Assembly: GCA_965202585.1 (NCBI GenBank)
Contig: OZ241827.1
Location: 63,054,001 to 63,118,000 of the forward strand
Source: Thalia democratica
Lineage: Eukaryota
Length of the DNA: 64,000 nucleotides
Direction of reading: 5' to 3'
Under the pieces are notes generated by a model. That model saw nothing but the letters and a program-made list of their open reading frames with translations. It was not told where the DNA came from and did no database searches. Below are positions 13,301 to 26,500 of this stretch, one piece after another. Every line of letters begins with the position of its first letter. The stretch's first letter is position 1. Made by a program: the position numbers and the translations under genes.

Positions 13301-16300
13301 AGTATACTAACACTAATATCATTATTATTTTTGTTTTTCTAGTATGTTTTTTATAACTTTGTACAACTACATTGTAGCTAATTTAAACTTTTATATAAAT
13401 AGTTCAAACTGTTTTACAACTCATTTAACTTTTGAAAAGAATTAAAGTAGGATCGAAAAGCTTTAAATTTTACAAACTTTTGAAAATTAAAATGTATTCT
13501 TGTTAATTTACAATTTGTGTTTAAACATTTTATAGTTTTTAGTCTGAATGGTTATGTTTAAATACATTTTTTGTCGAAATTTCAAAAGAACAACTTAAAA
13601 AGTTAGATAAAATAGAAATAAAAAGTATTAAAAATGTTATTGCACTATACCAGTTTTGTAATCTATCTTTGTATTCTATCTTTAGATGCAAATTAAAAAC
13701 ATTGCTTAAGAAAATTTTAAGTCTGTAAACTAGCTAAACATAGTTTAAATGTTTTTGAAGCAAAACGTGTTTTGAAATTATAGTTGGATACAAATTAAAA
13801 AACATTTAAACATTTTACAGATTGTAAAAGAAACTGTATAAGAATATAATATTATAGTTTATGTTTAAATGTTAAAATAAAAGTATTTTCAAAGAAGTTT
13901 TTCAATATCCGCAAAGTAGCAATTTAATCTAGTAAAATCTTGTTAGATAAAGAATTAAATATTTTTTTAGAATTCAATTTAAATTTATTAAATGTTAAAT
14001 AAATTGATAGTTTTTTTTCACTACTAAAAATATTCAAAGTAAGTTTTTTATATAGAAATCACAGTTTATTTTTCAATTCTAATTTCTTAAGAAGTGAATT
14101 TTTTTAACATGTTAGGAAATGCTAAAAATGTTTATTTATTGTTTTTTTTAATTTAGCTACATTATTTTGATATTTATCACTTATAGAAGTTTTTCAAGTT
14201 CTCCAAAAAAAAAATCAAATACATAATATTACAAACTATTTTACATTTTTAGAAAACAGTTTTTAATCAGATTAGTATTCGAACTATAATTTGCTTAATA
14301 AATTAGTAAAACTTCGATCTTTATAAGTAAATAGACTGATGGTTTATTTTTTGAAGTAAACTATCTGGCTACACAACATTTTAGATATTTATAAAAAAAT
14401 GATATGTCACTGTATCAAATCATATAAATTGTTTTCTTTTAATAATTAGTTTGTATAATAACTAAATGCAACTGAAACTAATTATAAAAACTATGAATAA
14501 AAATTTAAGAACTATAAATATGTTTGTCTATTGCTAGTTTATATGTTACGTAGGAAGAAAAATATTTTATTTTTTTTATGTTAGACAGTACAAATTCTTT
14601 AAGCTAACTGAAATATGCAATCGTTTTTTATTAATGTGTTTCCGTAATTTTAGTTTATTTTATAAATAAATATTCTTTACGCGTGTACTTATATACACAC
14701 AAATATTTTTTAAAAAACTATTTGACATTATTCTAATTTAAATTAATAAAACAGAGTTTTTATATTTTCAGTATACTAAATTTATTTTTTTAATTTAAGT
14801 GTTAGTTAAGTGTCAACAAATCAAGTATATTCTTGACATTGATTTATTTTTTTTTAAACAGAACATTCTTGCAAACTAATTGTTCAAAATATATCTATCT
14901 AAATTCGATATTTTTTTTTACTTTAAAATATAGTATTAAGATACATAGTTGCTTTTATTACGTATTTATTTAAGTATTTTTAACTGCAAAACAAAACCTT
15001 AAGAAAAATATTTCTTTTACTAGTTGTTTAATTAGTATTTTCTTAACTTTACCGTAACTACTTACAACTTCTGTATTCTTATTAAATACTTATACAAAAG
15101 TAACAATGCAATATGTAGTGTTTTGTATAACTAGTTTGGAAAATATAAATTTGACTTCATTTTTATTTATTACAAAGTACGGTACAAACGGGCTGTTTAA
15201 GTTTTTTATGAACGTTATTTAAACAACAAACTTTTGAAGTAGTCATAGTTTTAAAACTGTTTTACACGCTTACTGCTACTAACAAAACTTCTGGCATTAA
15301 ATTAATCATAACTTTTAAAACAACAAGTTAAACTGTACTTCTTTCAGCGGTAGTGAGATAAACAGCTGTTATTTCGCAACATGTAAAATTCTGCTTTCAT
15401 GTTTAATAGTGACGTTATTATGTTTGTAGGTAATTAAAATGTGTAAGCCTTCTTAGCGTTTATTGTCAACTGCTTTTCAGATAAACACGATGATCACTTT
15501 AGTTTAGTTAAAAAGATTTGTTTATTAACGTTTATGTGTTAGTTGTTACCTTCAATTATTTTTCCCTTCTTTTCATTTGAAAAAACACTTTTTTATTATC
15601 GCAGACTTGATTTGTATTTAAACAGTAGTTTAAGTTATGCATAAAGCACTTAGTAAGTTTTTAGTAAACCTGTTTGATTAAATAACGAACGTAGTTCAGA
15701 AACAAACTAGAGATTTTATATTTTATAAGATAAAGCGCAAACCGTAATGTAAACCGATATAATTAAATAAGTAAGCATATTACCTCGTTAGCTATAAAAT
15801 TGTAAATTTTAATAGCAATATTTATTTTGTTATGATGCTCTGAAAACTTAATATTGTAAATTGCAATGTTTTACTTAATTGTTAATTTACAGTAACCTGC
15901 CACCTAGGTACGCACTTCATAGGTATAAACTGCTGGTATGGTACGAAATTTTTAGCCGAAAAACACTTTATTCAAAATGCTTATTTTTTACTTTGAAACT
16001 CTAAAACAATTCTAAAATTAGTAAAACAAATATTTTTTATTCAAAAATGAACTATAGTAATGAAATTTTAATTAAAGGAAGAAAGATATAAGTTATGAAC
16101 AGTTTGTATATCAAATCAAATATTTAAAACATAGATGCGAAAGTTTATTTATTTAACGAAAATAACAAACAGTGCAACTTACATACCCAATGATTGCAAC
16201 ATAAATGTAAACACTGGATACAAAAGCATTATCTACGAAAATAAAGAACACTGCAACTGACATTTACAAAGCTTATGATTTAAGTGTATATTTTTAAATC

Positions 16301-17423
16301 AAATCATAAGGCAATGCTAATGGAGATAAAGAACATTGCAGTTGAAATTTATTAAATACTAGATGACTCAGTTCATAAAAAAAACTATGCACACAATATA
16401 AACTAAAACTCGAATTTTTGTAGAGAAGAAAGTGTTTTACATTTAAACTGTTAAGAAATAAATTCAATTCAGTAACCCAGACATAATTTACTAATATTTT
16501 CACTTCATTAAAAAGATTGTGAAAGAAATAAGAAAACCTTTAGTATATTTCCAACTTTAATTTAACTATATTTCTAAAATGCCTAACAAAAGTCATTTAA
16601 AATAGAAAACTAAACTAAGGTAAAATTGTGTGCAAAGGTATGTACTTTTGAAGTATAAAAAACGAATATGTTTAAAACTTAATAACATGTCTGTAGGTTA
16701 ATTAAATGCACTTCAAATTTAATCTAAACATTTAGCAAGCTTCAATAATTAGTATGAATGTTCTTGAAATTTTTTTGAGCTAAAAAAATCTCAAACTTTC
16801 AAAAAAAATTATCAAAACTGCAGCAATTTTCCTTAAATTAAGTTTTTCTAGTTATTTTTTTCTTAGTACAGGCCTGTTAATATTTTAAATAGAGATAGCT
16901 TGATATTTTCTAAAATTTTTGTTAACATGAAAATTGGCAACTGTACTATTTTGTAGTAAAACTAAAATCAGGTGAAAGAATTTGAACTGTAAAGTGCAGA
17001 ATCTTATTAAACGTATTTGAGATTTATTTGTTTTCCCTTGTTTACTATAACAACTAAATTATGGATTTTAAGAACGCTTCAATAAAATAAACTTAGATAA
17101 AATGCAAGATAAACAATTTAGAGAAATAAAACCATTATTATGTTAATAAGAAGCACTTTACCTATTGAAATTACTTAATCACAATACATTAAATACTGAA
17201 ATACAATAACTTTAATAACAATATATTATTCAATATCCTAAAAATATAAAAACTCTAAGCAGTTTTAAGTTAGTTTTAGTCAAAAACTATTTTATTATGA
17301 TTACCTTTTAAAAATAAACCTAAAAGTAACCAAATAAAAAGTTAGTCACTACAAACTAGCACTCCTAAAAATTATCTACACAAAGAATTATTCTATTTGA
17401 ACTTCGTTATAAGTTGTTTTCTA

Positions 17424-17548
17424 CTACGATTGACCAAGCGTCGCTTCTTTACTTTTTCTTTCGTGGATGCGGCTTTTGAGGTGCCTTTTGAAGTCGCACT
17501 TCTGGGTAAATCTCTTTTTGCATATGTCGCAGGGATACGGCTTTTCTC
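17424..17548 (-). CDS. Terminal exon of the zinc-finger gene (TGEKPY linker plus third C2H2 finger)
   Basis: Acceptor tttgtcag| followed by G-EKPYPCDICKKRFTQKCDFKRHLKSRIHERKSKEATLGQS*. The ORF track shows a different, wrong frame here (17393-17581). An AATAAA on the minus strand lies near 17291-17296. Confidence 0.85.
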
Positions 17549-20500
17549 CTGACAAAATATCAAAACTGTCAGTAATCGCACTTTGATTTTTCAAAGTATC
17601 TCGACAAAGAGAACCCGACTTGGTGTCTAATATCTTATTAAGAGAAGTTATTAGGGTAATAGGGAATAGTGGAATGTATAGCAGATTAGTACAACAATCA
17701 AAACAACACTTTTCTTTTATTTACATAAACGAAAGAAAAACAAAGATACATCATAACTACGTCACATTATACTAAAACTACAGTTAAATACAAATGATAT
17801 TAAAATACTATTAAGTATCTTATAACTTAATCAAGAAAACATCTTAAATTTAACGTGTTTGTAATGCATTATACTTTTGCACACCATTTACCAACCGATA
17901 CTGCGAGTAAATGCAAGTAAGATTCCGTTTTATAAGCACTAAAACAATGGTAACTCCTTTACTGTTTTAAGAAAAATGTTTTAAGAGTTATAAAAATTGT
18001 TTTGGAAAAGCTTGTTTTGAGAATAATGAAAATTGTTTTGGGAAAGCTTTTTGAGAAAACTTATCAAATGCTTTTATATTATAAAAAAATATATATTTAT
18101 TCAAACGCTTTAAAATGTTAAAATGAAATGTTTATATCATTACAAAAGTGACAGCAGAGTAAGTAAAAAGTAAACGGAGATAAGAATTAAAAAATACATT
18201 GAGTAGTTACGCAACAACATTAAAATATTGTTTAATTTTTAGATCATACTAAACTGCTTTGTACTCAGATTTCTTAAAAAAACGAATATTTACTTGTAAT
18301 AGTTTAAATGCTTATAAATACTAATGCTATTTCTCGTTTAATTCAATATTTTTTGTGAACAAAAAATTCATTGTAATTAATTTTTATGTAGACTTTAAAA
18401 AATTTTAAGTACGTTTATTTTCTCACTGCACATTTTATAACATTTTTTTCAATCAGTAAAACAGTATTGCACATAAAAGTAAAATTACCCAATTTAAATG
18501 AGAAACTATTTAAAACATGACATTTTTTAAACATTCTTTAATGAATTAAATTTTTTGAATTTAGGTAGTAGTGCACCAATAAGTAAGATACAACCATAGA
18601 AAGATCTACTAGTAGGATGCAAAAGATAACAGACTTTCATTTTACACTTACAATTTATTTAAGCACATATTGTTTTAAAGAACAGGCGCTATTTAAAATA
18701 AAAATTACAATAAACAAAACTACTAAACTTTTAGGATTACTACTAAGACAAAAAATTATCAAAGACCACTGATTAATTTAAAACTTATTGTTGATTTTTT
18801 TTTGTGATTAAAATTTAGATTTGAGTTTGGTATTTTCTCACTAATATCCGGATCTTGCCGGATCGTTATTTAAAAAAAGACTCGGATCCAGTAAATCGCT
18901 ACTAAAGAACCATTTTGGGATAGATGAAAATAGCAAGGTTAATACCGATGGCAACAACCTGTTGTGTAGGCTGTGCTTGAATAAGGGTTTGCCAAACTTT
19001 TTTTATAAGGTCCCCTTTAAAATATAAAAAAGCTATACACCTCTTCGACAATAATTCTTAAAAATCTAACTTTAAATACGCCTAACAACTCTTATTTTTC
19101 TTTTGCCTCATCAACTCTAGAATATCTAGCGTAAGTTTCAAATTATAACTTCATAGCCCCCAAAAATTATGTTAGTGCCCAATTTGGGAAACCCTGGCTT
19201 TTACGAAGCTGCAGCAGTAAATTTAAGAGGTTTGCTTAATCAAGAAAAAAAAAGGGGTCTCTTGCTGACATGTACAAACAATACTCTTGAAGTTAAGCAG
19301 AATTTAAATTTTATGGTCATTTATAAAAGAATTTTTGATTTTATTTATGAGTGAGTTTTATTTCTTTGCATAAATACTTCCTGAACAAAACTCAAAACTA
19401 CGCCGTAACGTTTTTTCTTTTTGCATGGTTTTTACTCCAGTCTTGTACTGTAAATTTAATTTTTTTTTTCTTCAAATTTTCTGTTAACGTAAACAATATT
19501 TAAAACTAATGCCAGATATGAATTTGTACGTACAAAACTATCTAGTAATAAAAAGTAGCATTTTTTCTTCAAATTACCAGTATGAGTCCTGTAATGTCTT
19601 TTCATATGGTGTTAGTACAGATAACCCTTGAAGTAACAAATGTTAAAAAAGATATTTAACAACGTATACTCAAGTTACGAGTATCAGTCATGTTGTACCT
19701 CTCCAAGTAATCTTTATATAAACAAATACACATTATTCACTATAACACTATAGCTTTAAGTTAAGTACAAATATATAATAAAATTACCAGTATGAGTCCT
19801 GTTGTGTCTTTCCAGGTGGTTCGCGGTGCTGAAAACATTACTGCAAACGGGGCACTTGTGACCCTTGCCCTTGTGTTCTCTGTCAATGTGCTTCTTCAGG
19901 TAGGCCTTGGACGCGTAAGATTTTTCGCAGTGAGGGCATTGATGACTGCTGCTGTCTGTTATAAAAAAGTGTTTTATTGAAACAATTATATTAAACAGCG
20001 GTCTGAATATTATAAAAGTTATGTAGTAAGTATGAAAAAGCTACATAATTGTTTGTTGAAGTAACAGAAATAGAAAAATATTAATAATGCATAAGTTATA
20101 TAATAGCAATATAAGTGAAATAGTTCAGAATAAAAATGGATATGAATAAAGTGGTGTGAATAAAAACATCAGCCCAGAAATTTACTCAGCAAGAGTTGAG
20201 TAAGATTAATGCATTAGCTTAAAACAAATTTTCCCAATCTTATTTTCATAAACTGCTAATCGAAAGAAATTTAGTAATTTACTGCCCCCCTATACTAGTT
20301 TATTACTTCTTTAATTTATAGCTCCCATAATAATTATTGCTCCTGATGGCATAAGTCAACCCTAAGGCAATACTGTATATTAAAAACAAACCCTGATTTA
20401 CTATATATAAAACTGTAATCAAAGAACATAATAAATGACGTGGAAAGAATCGATATTAAAATGGAAAGACATTATTTTTCATATTTTAACATTATATCAT

Positions 20501-23500
20501 TTATTTTTATATACCATAACTAATTTTTACAAGTAAAAACTTAAATTTTTTAAAAAAAATATATATAGACAAAAAACAAACTTATTTAAATCTGATTTGT
20601 AATTAAAACTTTGTTAAAATTTAAATATTTAACCAATTAATTAAAGGTCTAACTTTTTTTTTGCAAACTGCTCACACTGTAATTTTCTCCTGTTTTTTTA
20701 ATTTTCAATTTCGGTGCTTTTTTAACGGTCGGCTCTAGATAAAAATGAATAAATTAAATTTTTTAATGATTGAATTTTACTGTCACTTTTTAAATATTAA
20801 TGTTTAAAAAAAGTAAAGCTAAATAGTAAGTTTGATTAAATAAGCCCTTAGCTTTAGAGTAAATTACGTAACATTTTTCAGTTAAGACAAACAAATATAT
20901 CAAAAGTTAAGTTAAAATTAACTTCATTATTTATAAAACGTTTAATCGAAAATTATACAATTTAATTATAACATGAAATAAATTAAATTGTTTGCATATG
21001 TTTCAGTTAAGATAGTTCATTTGAACTTTAAAAAAAATAGGAAAAGTTTAACGTGATCAAAAATTTGAGTTAATAAGAAAACTAAAAAAAACTTTAAATA
21101 AATTCAAAACTTTACAATCTACTTTACCTAAACTGTTCCTTTTACGTTTTTTATTACTGTTTGAACACTTATTATCTTCATTGAAACCACCATCATTTTC
21201 TTCATCTTCGAGTTGCTTCTTCTTTAACGTTGGAAATCTTTTACGCGCTGTAAGTTATGTACAAAAATAATGACATAAAAATTTATTTCTTTACGAACTT
21301 ATCTGAACTTTAATTATTCATTCACTATGTCAATAAAATTAATAAGATCCTGAATTACAATAAAGCTTTTATTTAAATTTAATTATAATTTTTATAGTAA
21401 ACTACTTTATAATGTAAAACGTTCACTAAACACAACCTAGGTTAAAAAATATTAACAATGTACTGATAAATTCGAAAAAATAATTTCAATTAAATTTTTT
21501 TAATTGTTACCAGTTTAAGACTGTTGTTTGTTTTATAAAAACTTCTTATTTTGTGCTTTACAATGAGTGTAATAAAAAAATGTTGAAAAAAAAATTAACA
21601 GGTTATTGTTTTTATTAACACACAAAGTGTTGGCTTCAATTGCTATATGTATTGTTGAAAAAACTAAGATTTGTTGATAAGTAAATGCAGCTTAAAACGT
21701 TTAGTGTTATCTTAAAACTTACCAAGCATCAACTTATGTTTTCATCAACAAACTTCAGCTTCATAGATAAAATATAAAAGCAACACATGTTTTGACTATA
21801 GTGATCCATCAATTAACCCAAAAAGTCCTTAAATTATGTTTATAAAAATTTTCAAAAAGTAATTTAAAATATTAAACTAACTTGATCTTCTGAGATTCGA
21901 ACCAGTATCCCCTGTGCCGTTAGCAGAAGTAGGAACCAATGAACTGCTTCGGTTTGCTTCAGATGAATTCGAAGGTACTACTTCATTGGTTGTACTTGCT
22001 ATGAACGAGTTAGAAGGCATTACTTCATCGCTTGTATTCTCTTCAAATGAATTGGATAGCACTATTACGTCGTTACCTTGTTTTGCTGTATAATTAGAAC
22101 AGTTTAATGCTTTTTTACAGCTTACAAAATCAGGATTGCCACTTATCGAGCTGAAAAAATCAGAATTTTTTAAGTAAAACTCTTTTTTAAAACCGTCTAA
22201 AAAATTATAAGCAAATAGTTGAAAACTTTAGTTTATTTCAAAAATACAATCAAATCCATTAAAAAAAATATGAATTGCAAGAGCAAAATTATGCAATTTT
22301 CATGATTTTTTGAAATTAAATATGACTTAAAATTCCAAAGTTTTACAAATACAGTCACCTCTTGTGAATCTATGCACTCGTTTGGTTACGCACTCTTGTT
22401 TAATTACGAAGTTTATTAAAAAACTACAAAATACAAAATTAAAAGAAAAAAAATAGTTTTATGTAGTTTAATTTTATAATCTGTATTTAATTAACAATAT
22501 ATTTGAACTTTTTTACACTAAGTTCTAAATGCAAACTCATCTATTTATATTTTTACACTATGTTAAATTATGTTCCTTGACTGAAGATAAACATTTAATT
22601 GTGCCTTGGTGTACCATAAATTTTAATAGTTAATAATAACTTCAATTAATTTGGATAAGAATCATTATAGCTTGACTAATAGTAAATTGTTCATAACAGA
22701 AAAATATCATAAAGTGTTCTTGCTTTATGTATCAGGGTTGCCAAATGTTTTTGCCAAAATTTCCTCCAAATTTATAAAAGTACATATTTCTGGTCAATTT
22801 TTAGTTTGATGATAACAAAAATGTTTTTATCTATATGATAGATCTTTTGAGTTAAATCAAAATTTTTTTACTTCACTATTAAATTCTATTAAAAATTTTA
22901 GATTTTTCCATATTTTTTTTTTCAAAATTTTTTTGGCAACTCTGTATGTATAAATAATCATTTAAGGAACTACCTCAAATGAAATTTTCTTGCCGTATTA
23001 TTATAGTTAGGTTTCATTACCCCCTTTTATACCTTTGAATCCAACATTTCATAATGTTAATTCCTCACAATATTTATGTCATAAAATCTCATTTCAACTC
23101 AATAAATATCTAATTTTTAGCTAATTTACTCCCTGCCCACCTATGTTTAAACTTGTCTTGCATGGTATCAGAGAAAGAGCTTTCAAAGTATACACATAAA
23201 CAAATTTTATTGAAAGCTTGAAATTATGAACAACTTGTATACAAAAAACGTAGTTAATCATATGCATTTTAAGATAACATCTAATATAGTATGTATATTT
23301 ACTTCTTCTCGTTTATTTACGCACTTTTGCTATGGACACAATGTTAGTAGATTCGCGAGAAATGAGTGTGGCATCAAATTTGACTACTTCTAAAAATTCT
23401 AATCAAAAAATTTTCAAACTTTATGATTAGGCTTACCTGAATGAAAAGGTACAAACCTTAAGACATTAAACTTAATAAATCAAATAAATAAAATTTTTAC

Positions 23501-26500
23501 ACTAACTTTCGTTGCAGTCTGCAAACAACTCCAAAGTACTATCCACAAATGAATCGTTTAAAAGCTCCAAATCATCACCAACTAAATCCGAATCGTTGAA
23601 ATCGGTCACAGTTCTTTCCACGTTTGAATCGTTCAAAGTTCTTTCCACGTTTGAATCGTTCAAAGTTCTTTCCACGTTTGAATCGTTCAAAGTTCTTTCC
23701 ACGTTTAAATCATCCAAAGTTTTCTCCAAGTTCAAATCGTTTATTAACACCAAGTATTCATCGTTCAAATTTTTTAAATCGTTGAAATCGTTCAAATTCT
23801 CTAAATCGTTGAAACTGTTCAAAAACTCCAAGCTGTTCAAATGCTCATAGTCAATAAAATCAGAATCTAAATAGTTGAAACCGTTCAAATTTTCCGAGCT
23901 ATTTCCAACGGAATTCACACTTACATCGGGTTTTTTGTAGTTTTCTTTTATAAAACTGCCTAAATTAAAATTAAATTTACACCCTGTCGTTTTATATTTT
24001 ATTTTTACTTATTCTTATAACTTTTCGCATAGTTTGCCATTGAAAAATTTAAAAAAATATGTATTTAATTATTTTATTTTTATTTATTTTCATTTTAATA
24101 ATTATGTATTATATTAAAACATCAACGAAATAATCCCGCAATTTACAAAAAGGCTACGGACCCCGTTGATAAAACAAATTTATTTTGTGAAACATCCGAT
24201 TGTCAAGTTTAATTTTAATATTTGTAACGAGTAAAACAGTGTATTAAGTTCACATTTAAGTTTTTAATCTCAATTATTACAAAGTTATTGTTTTTTAAAT
24301 ATATTTTTAGGTAAACAAACAACAAGCGTTAATCAAGTTTTCAGGAAACAAATACTTTTAAAGCGTAGTGTAAAAAAATCATCAACATTTACGTCGACCA
24401 AGTTGTCTGTTTTGGCAAACTGTTCAGGCTGGAATTTTTTGTTGAGTTCAGCAACGGTGTTACCTACATTTCCAGGAGTTTCTGTAAAAAACAAAAAGTT
24501 TAACCTGAATTTCTAAATTTTAGAACGAGCGTGAACTTAGCTTGAAAGCGTTTTATGGGAATTTTATAAAAATTTCCAAACTCAAGACCCAATTATGTCC
24601 TTAATTTAATAGGTAATTAAAAAACTGTTTTATTGTTAAGAACAGTTCTTTGTCTTTTATTCAAAAAAAATTCATTGAACTGGGGTTAGAACTTTTAAAT
24701 GGGGTCCCTTTAATTTTTTTTTTCTAGTTTTTATTTATACAACCTTTTCTCAAGTTTTTTTTTCAAATTTTTTTTCTTAAACACATTTATTTTAATGAGT
24801 TTAATGATGCTATTATTTGTTTTTAAAATTTTTTTTTTAATTTTTTTTTATACTATAAGCCTAAATAAACTTCTTAAAAAAATTCCAATTTTGCACGATA
24901 TTCGTTTTTCAGATATCCAACCTTCTATACAAAAATTAAACATATTTTAATGATTTCTATTTTTAATAGACTTGTATAGTTATGTTTTATGATGTTGCGA
25001 TACTTTTACCCAGCTTATTATGGCTTTTAAAATATATGACTCATACAAGTTTTACCTAAACCGATAGCACTTGAGCAAGAAATCCCTTAAATAGAACTGC
25101 TAAGAATTTAGGTAAAACTTGTATGGTTCATATACTTTAAAAGCAATAATAAACTGGCAAAATATCACAACATCATAAAATATAAATATAAAATCTGTTA
25201 AAAATAAAAATTACTAAATAATATTTTAATTTTGCATAAAAGGTTGTATATATGAAAAACAAAAATCGTGCAAAATTGGTATTTTTTTTTGAAACGTTTG
25301 TTCAGGCTCATGGTATAAAAAAAAACTGAAAAAGAAACTTTGTAGCACCACTAAACTTATTTTAAAAAGTAAGTTTAAGAAAAAAAATTAAAAATAAACA
25401 ATTATTTTTTAAGAATTAGTTTTTCAAATTAAAAATCAGAAAAAAACACAAAATTTTTAATCAGGCCCCATACAAAAATTCAAACCCCAATTCAATGGAC
25501 TTTTTTTTATTTAATTACAAAGGACCGTTCTTTAGAATAAAAAAAAGTTTCTATATAGCTTTTCAGATAAGGAGATATTTGGGTCTTAAGTTTGGAAGTT
25601 TTTACAAAATTACTAAAAAAAGCTTTCAAGGGTTCATGCCGGTAATTTTAAAGTTCTGCGAAAACAAGCAGATACGTAACACAATTTCCACTCAAATAGT
25701 TGTCGAAATGTTTTTTTTATTTGCCTGAAGTTTGTACAAATCCAATTTTTTGCAAAAGCATTTTTTAAAGCTAAGTTTTAAATGCAAAACAACATCACAT
25801 TATATAAACAGCTTTATGTATGGAGTAAATTATGAAAGTCATTCTACTTGCATCCTTAATTTTAAACATATAATTAAACCACGATTAAAAACATTTATTT
25901 TTTATTAAAACTTAAACGTAAGCAGTTTAAATTCACAAACAAATCTCACCAGAGTAACTGAGAAACAAAGTATTGTTTAAGAATTCAACAGAAGGCGTAA
26001 TTACACCAGTCAAGCCAATCTTGTTTGTGTGAACTGAAGTGGAAAAGTCAATTGTCTTTGAACTGTTAATTAAATTATTAGTTTATTGTATACCTTTTAA
26101 GTAATATTATGCAATTTTTTGTAATTAAAGGCTGGATCGATCAGTTTTTATAAATTTAAAACTTAGTTAGTTTTTTTTAATCTATATCATTTTTTTCATG
26201 CAAAAAACTACTATAGTTTGGAAAAAAGTATCAATTGCTATTATGTAAAAAATTACTAATTTATAGGATTTTAATTGAACTAGTTGACAATTCAAATTAA
26301 AAAACTTCAAATTACTAAAAAAATTGTTTAAATGGCTACAACTCAAAAAGTAATATATATTTAAAAAAATAAAAAATGCGCATGTTGGTCTAGTTAAAAA
26401 ATACATAAACTTTTTTATTAAAAAAAAATATTAAAAAAGATCTCTAAGATTTACTAAAAATACTTTACTTTGAAACTTGATTTACCAATATTTCAGAAAC

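Noticed and set aside
7650-16700. Scattered exon-like segments with good donors (minus 7715-7745 and 16183-16232; plus 11225-11260 and 16620-16637)
   Set aside because: They could not be chained into a consistent frame or recognised. In such AT-rich DNA these signals occur by chance.
1853-22402. Several in-frame TAG/TAA at Gln-like positions (UBL 1853; exon 22423-22359) suggested a ciliate-type TAR=Gln code or readthrough
   Set aside because: The Gln-rich homeobox exons and Gag use only CAA/CAG over hundreds of codons, and TAA/TAG terminate the Gag, kelch and zinc-finger frames. C>T decay explains the cases.
23512-23850. Plus-strand ORF with KVLSTFESF repeats
   Set aside because: Antisense shadow of the repeat-containing zinc-finger exon; it has no splice support.
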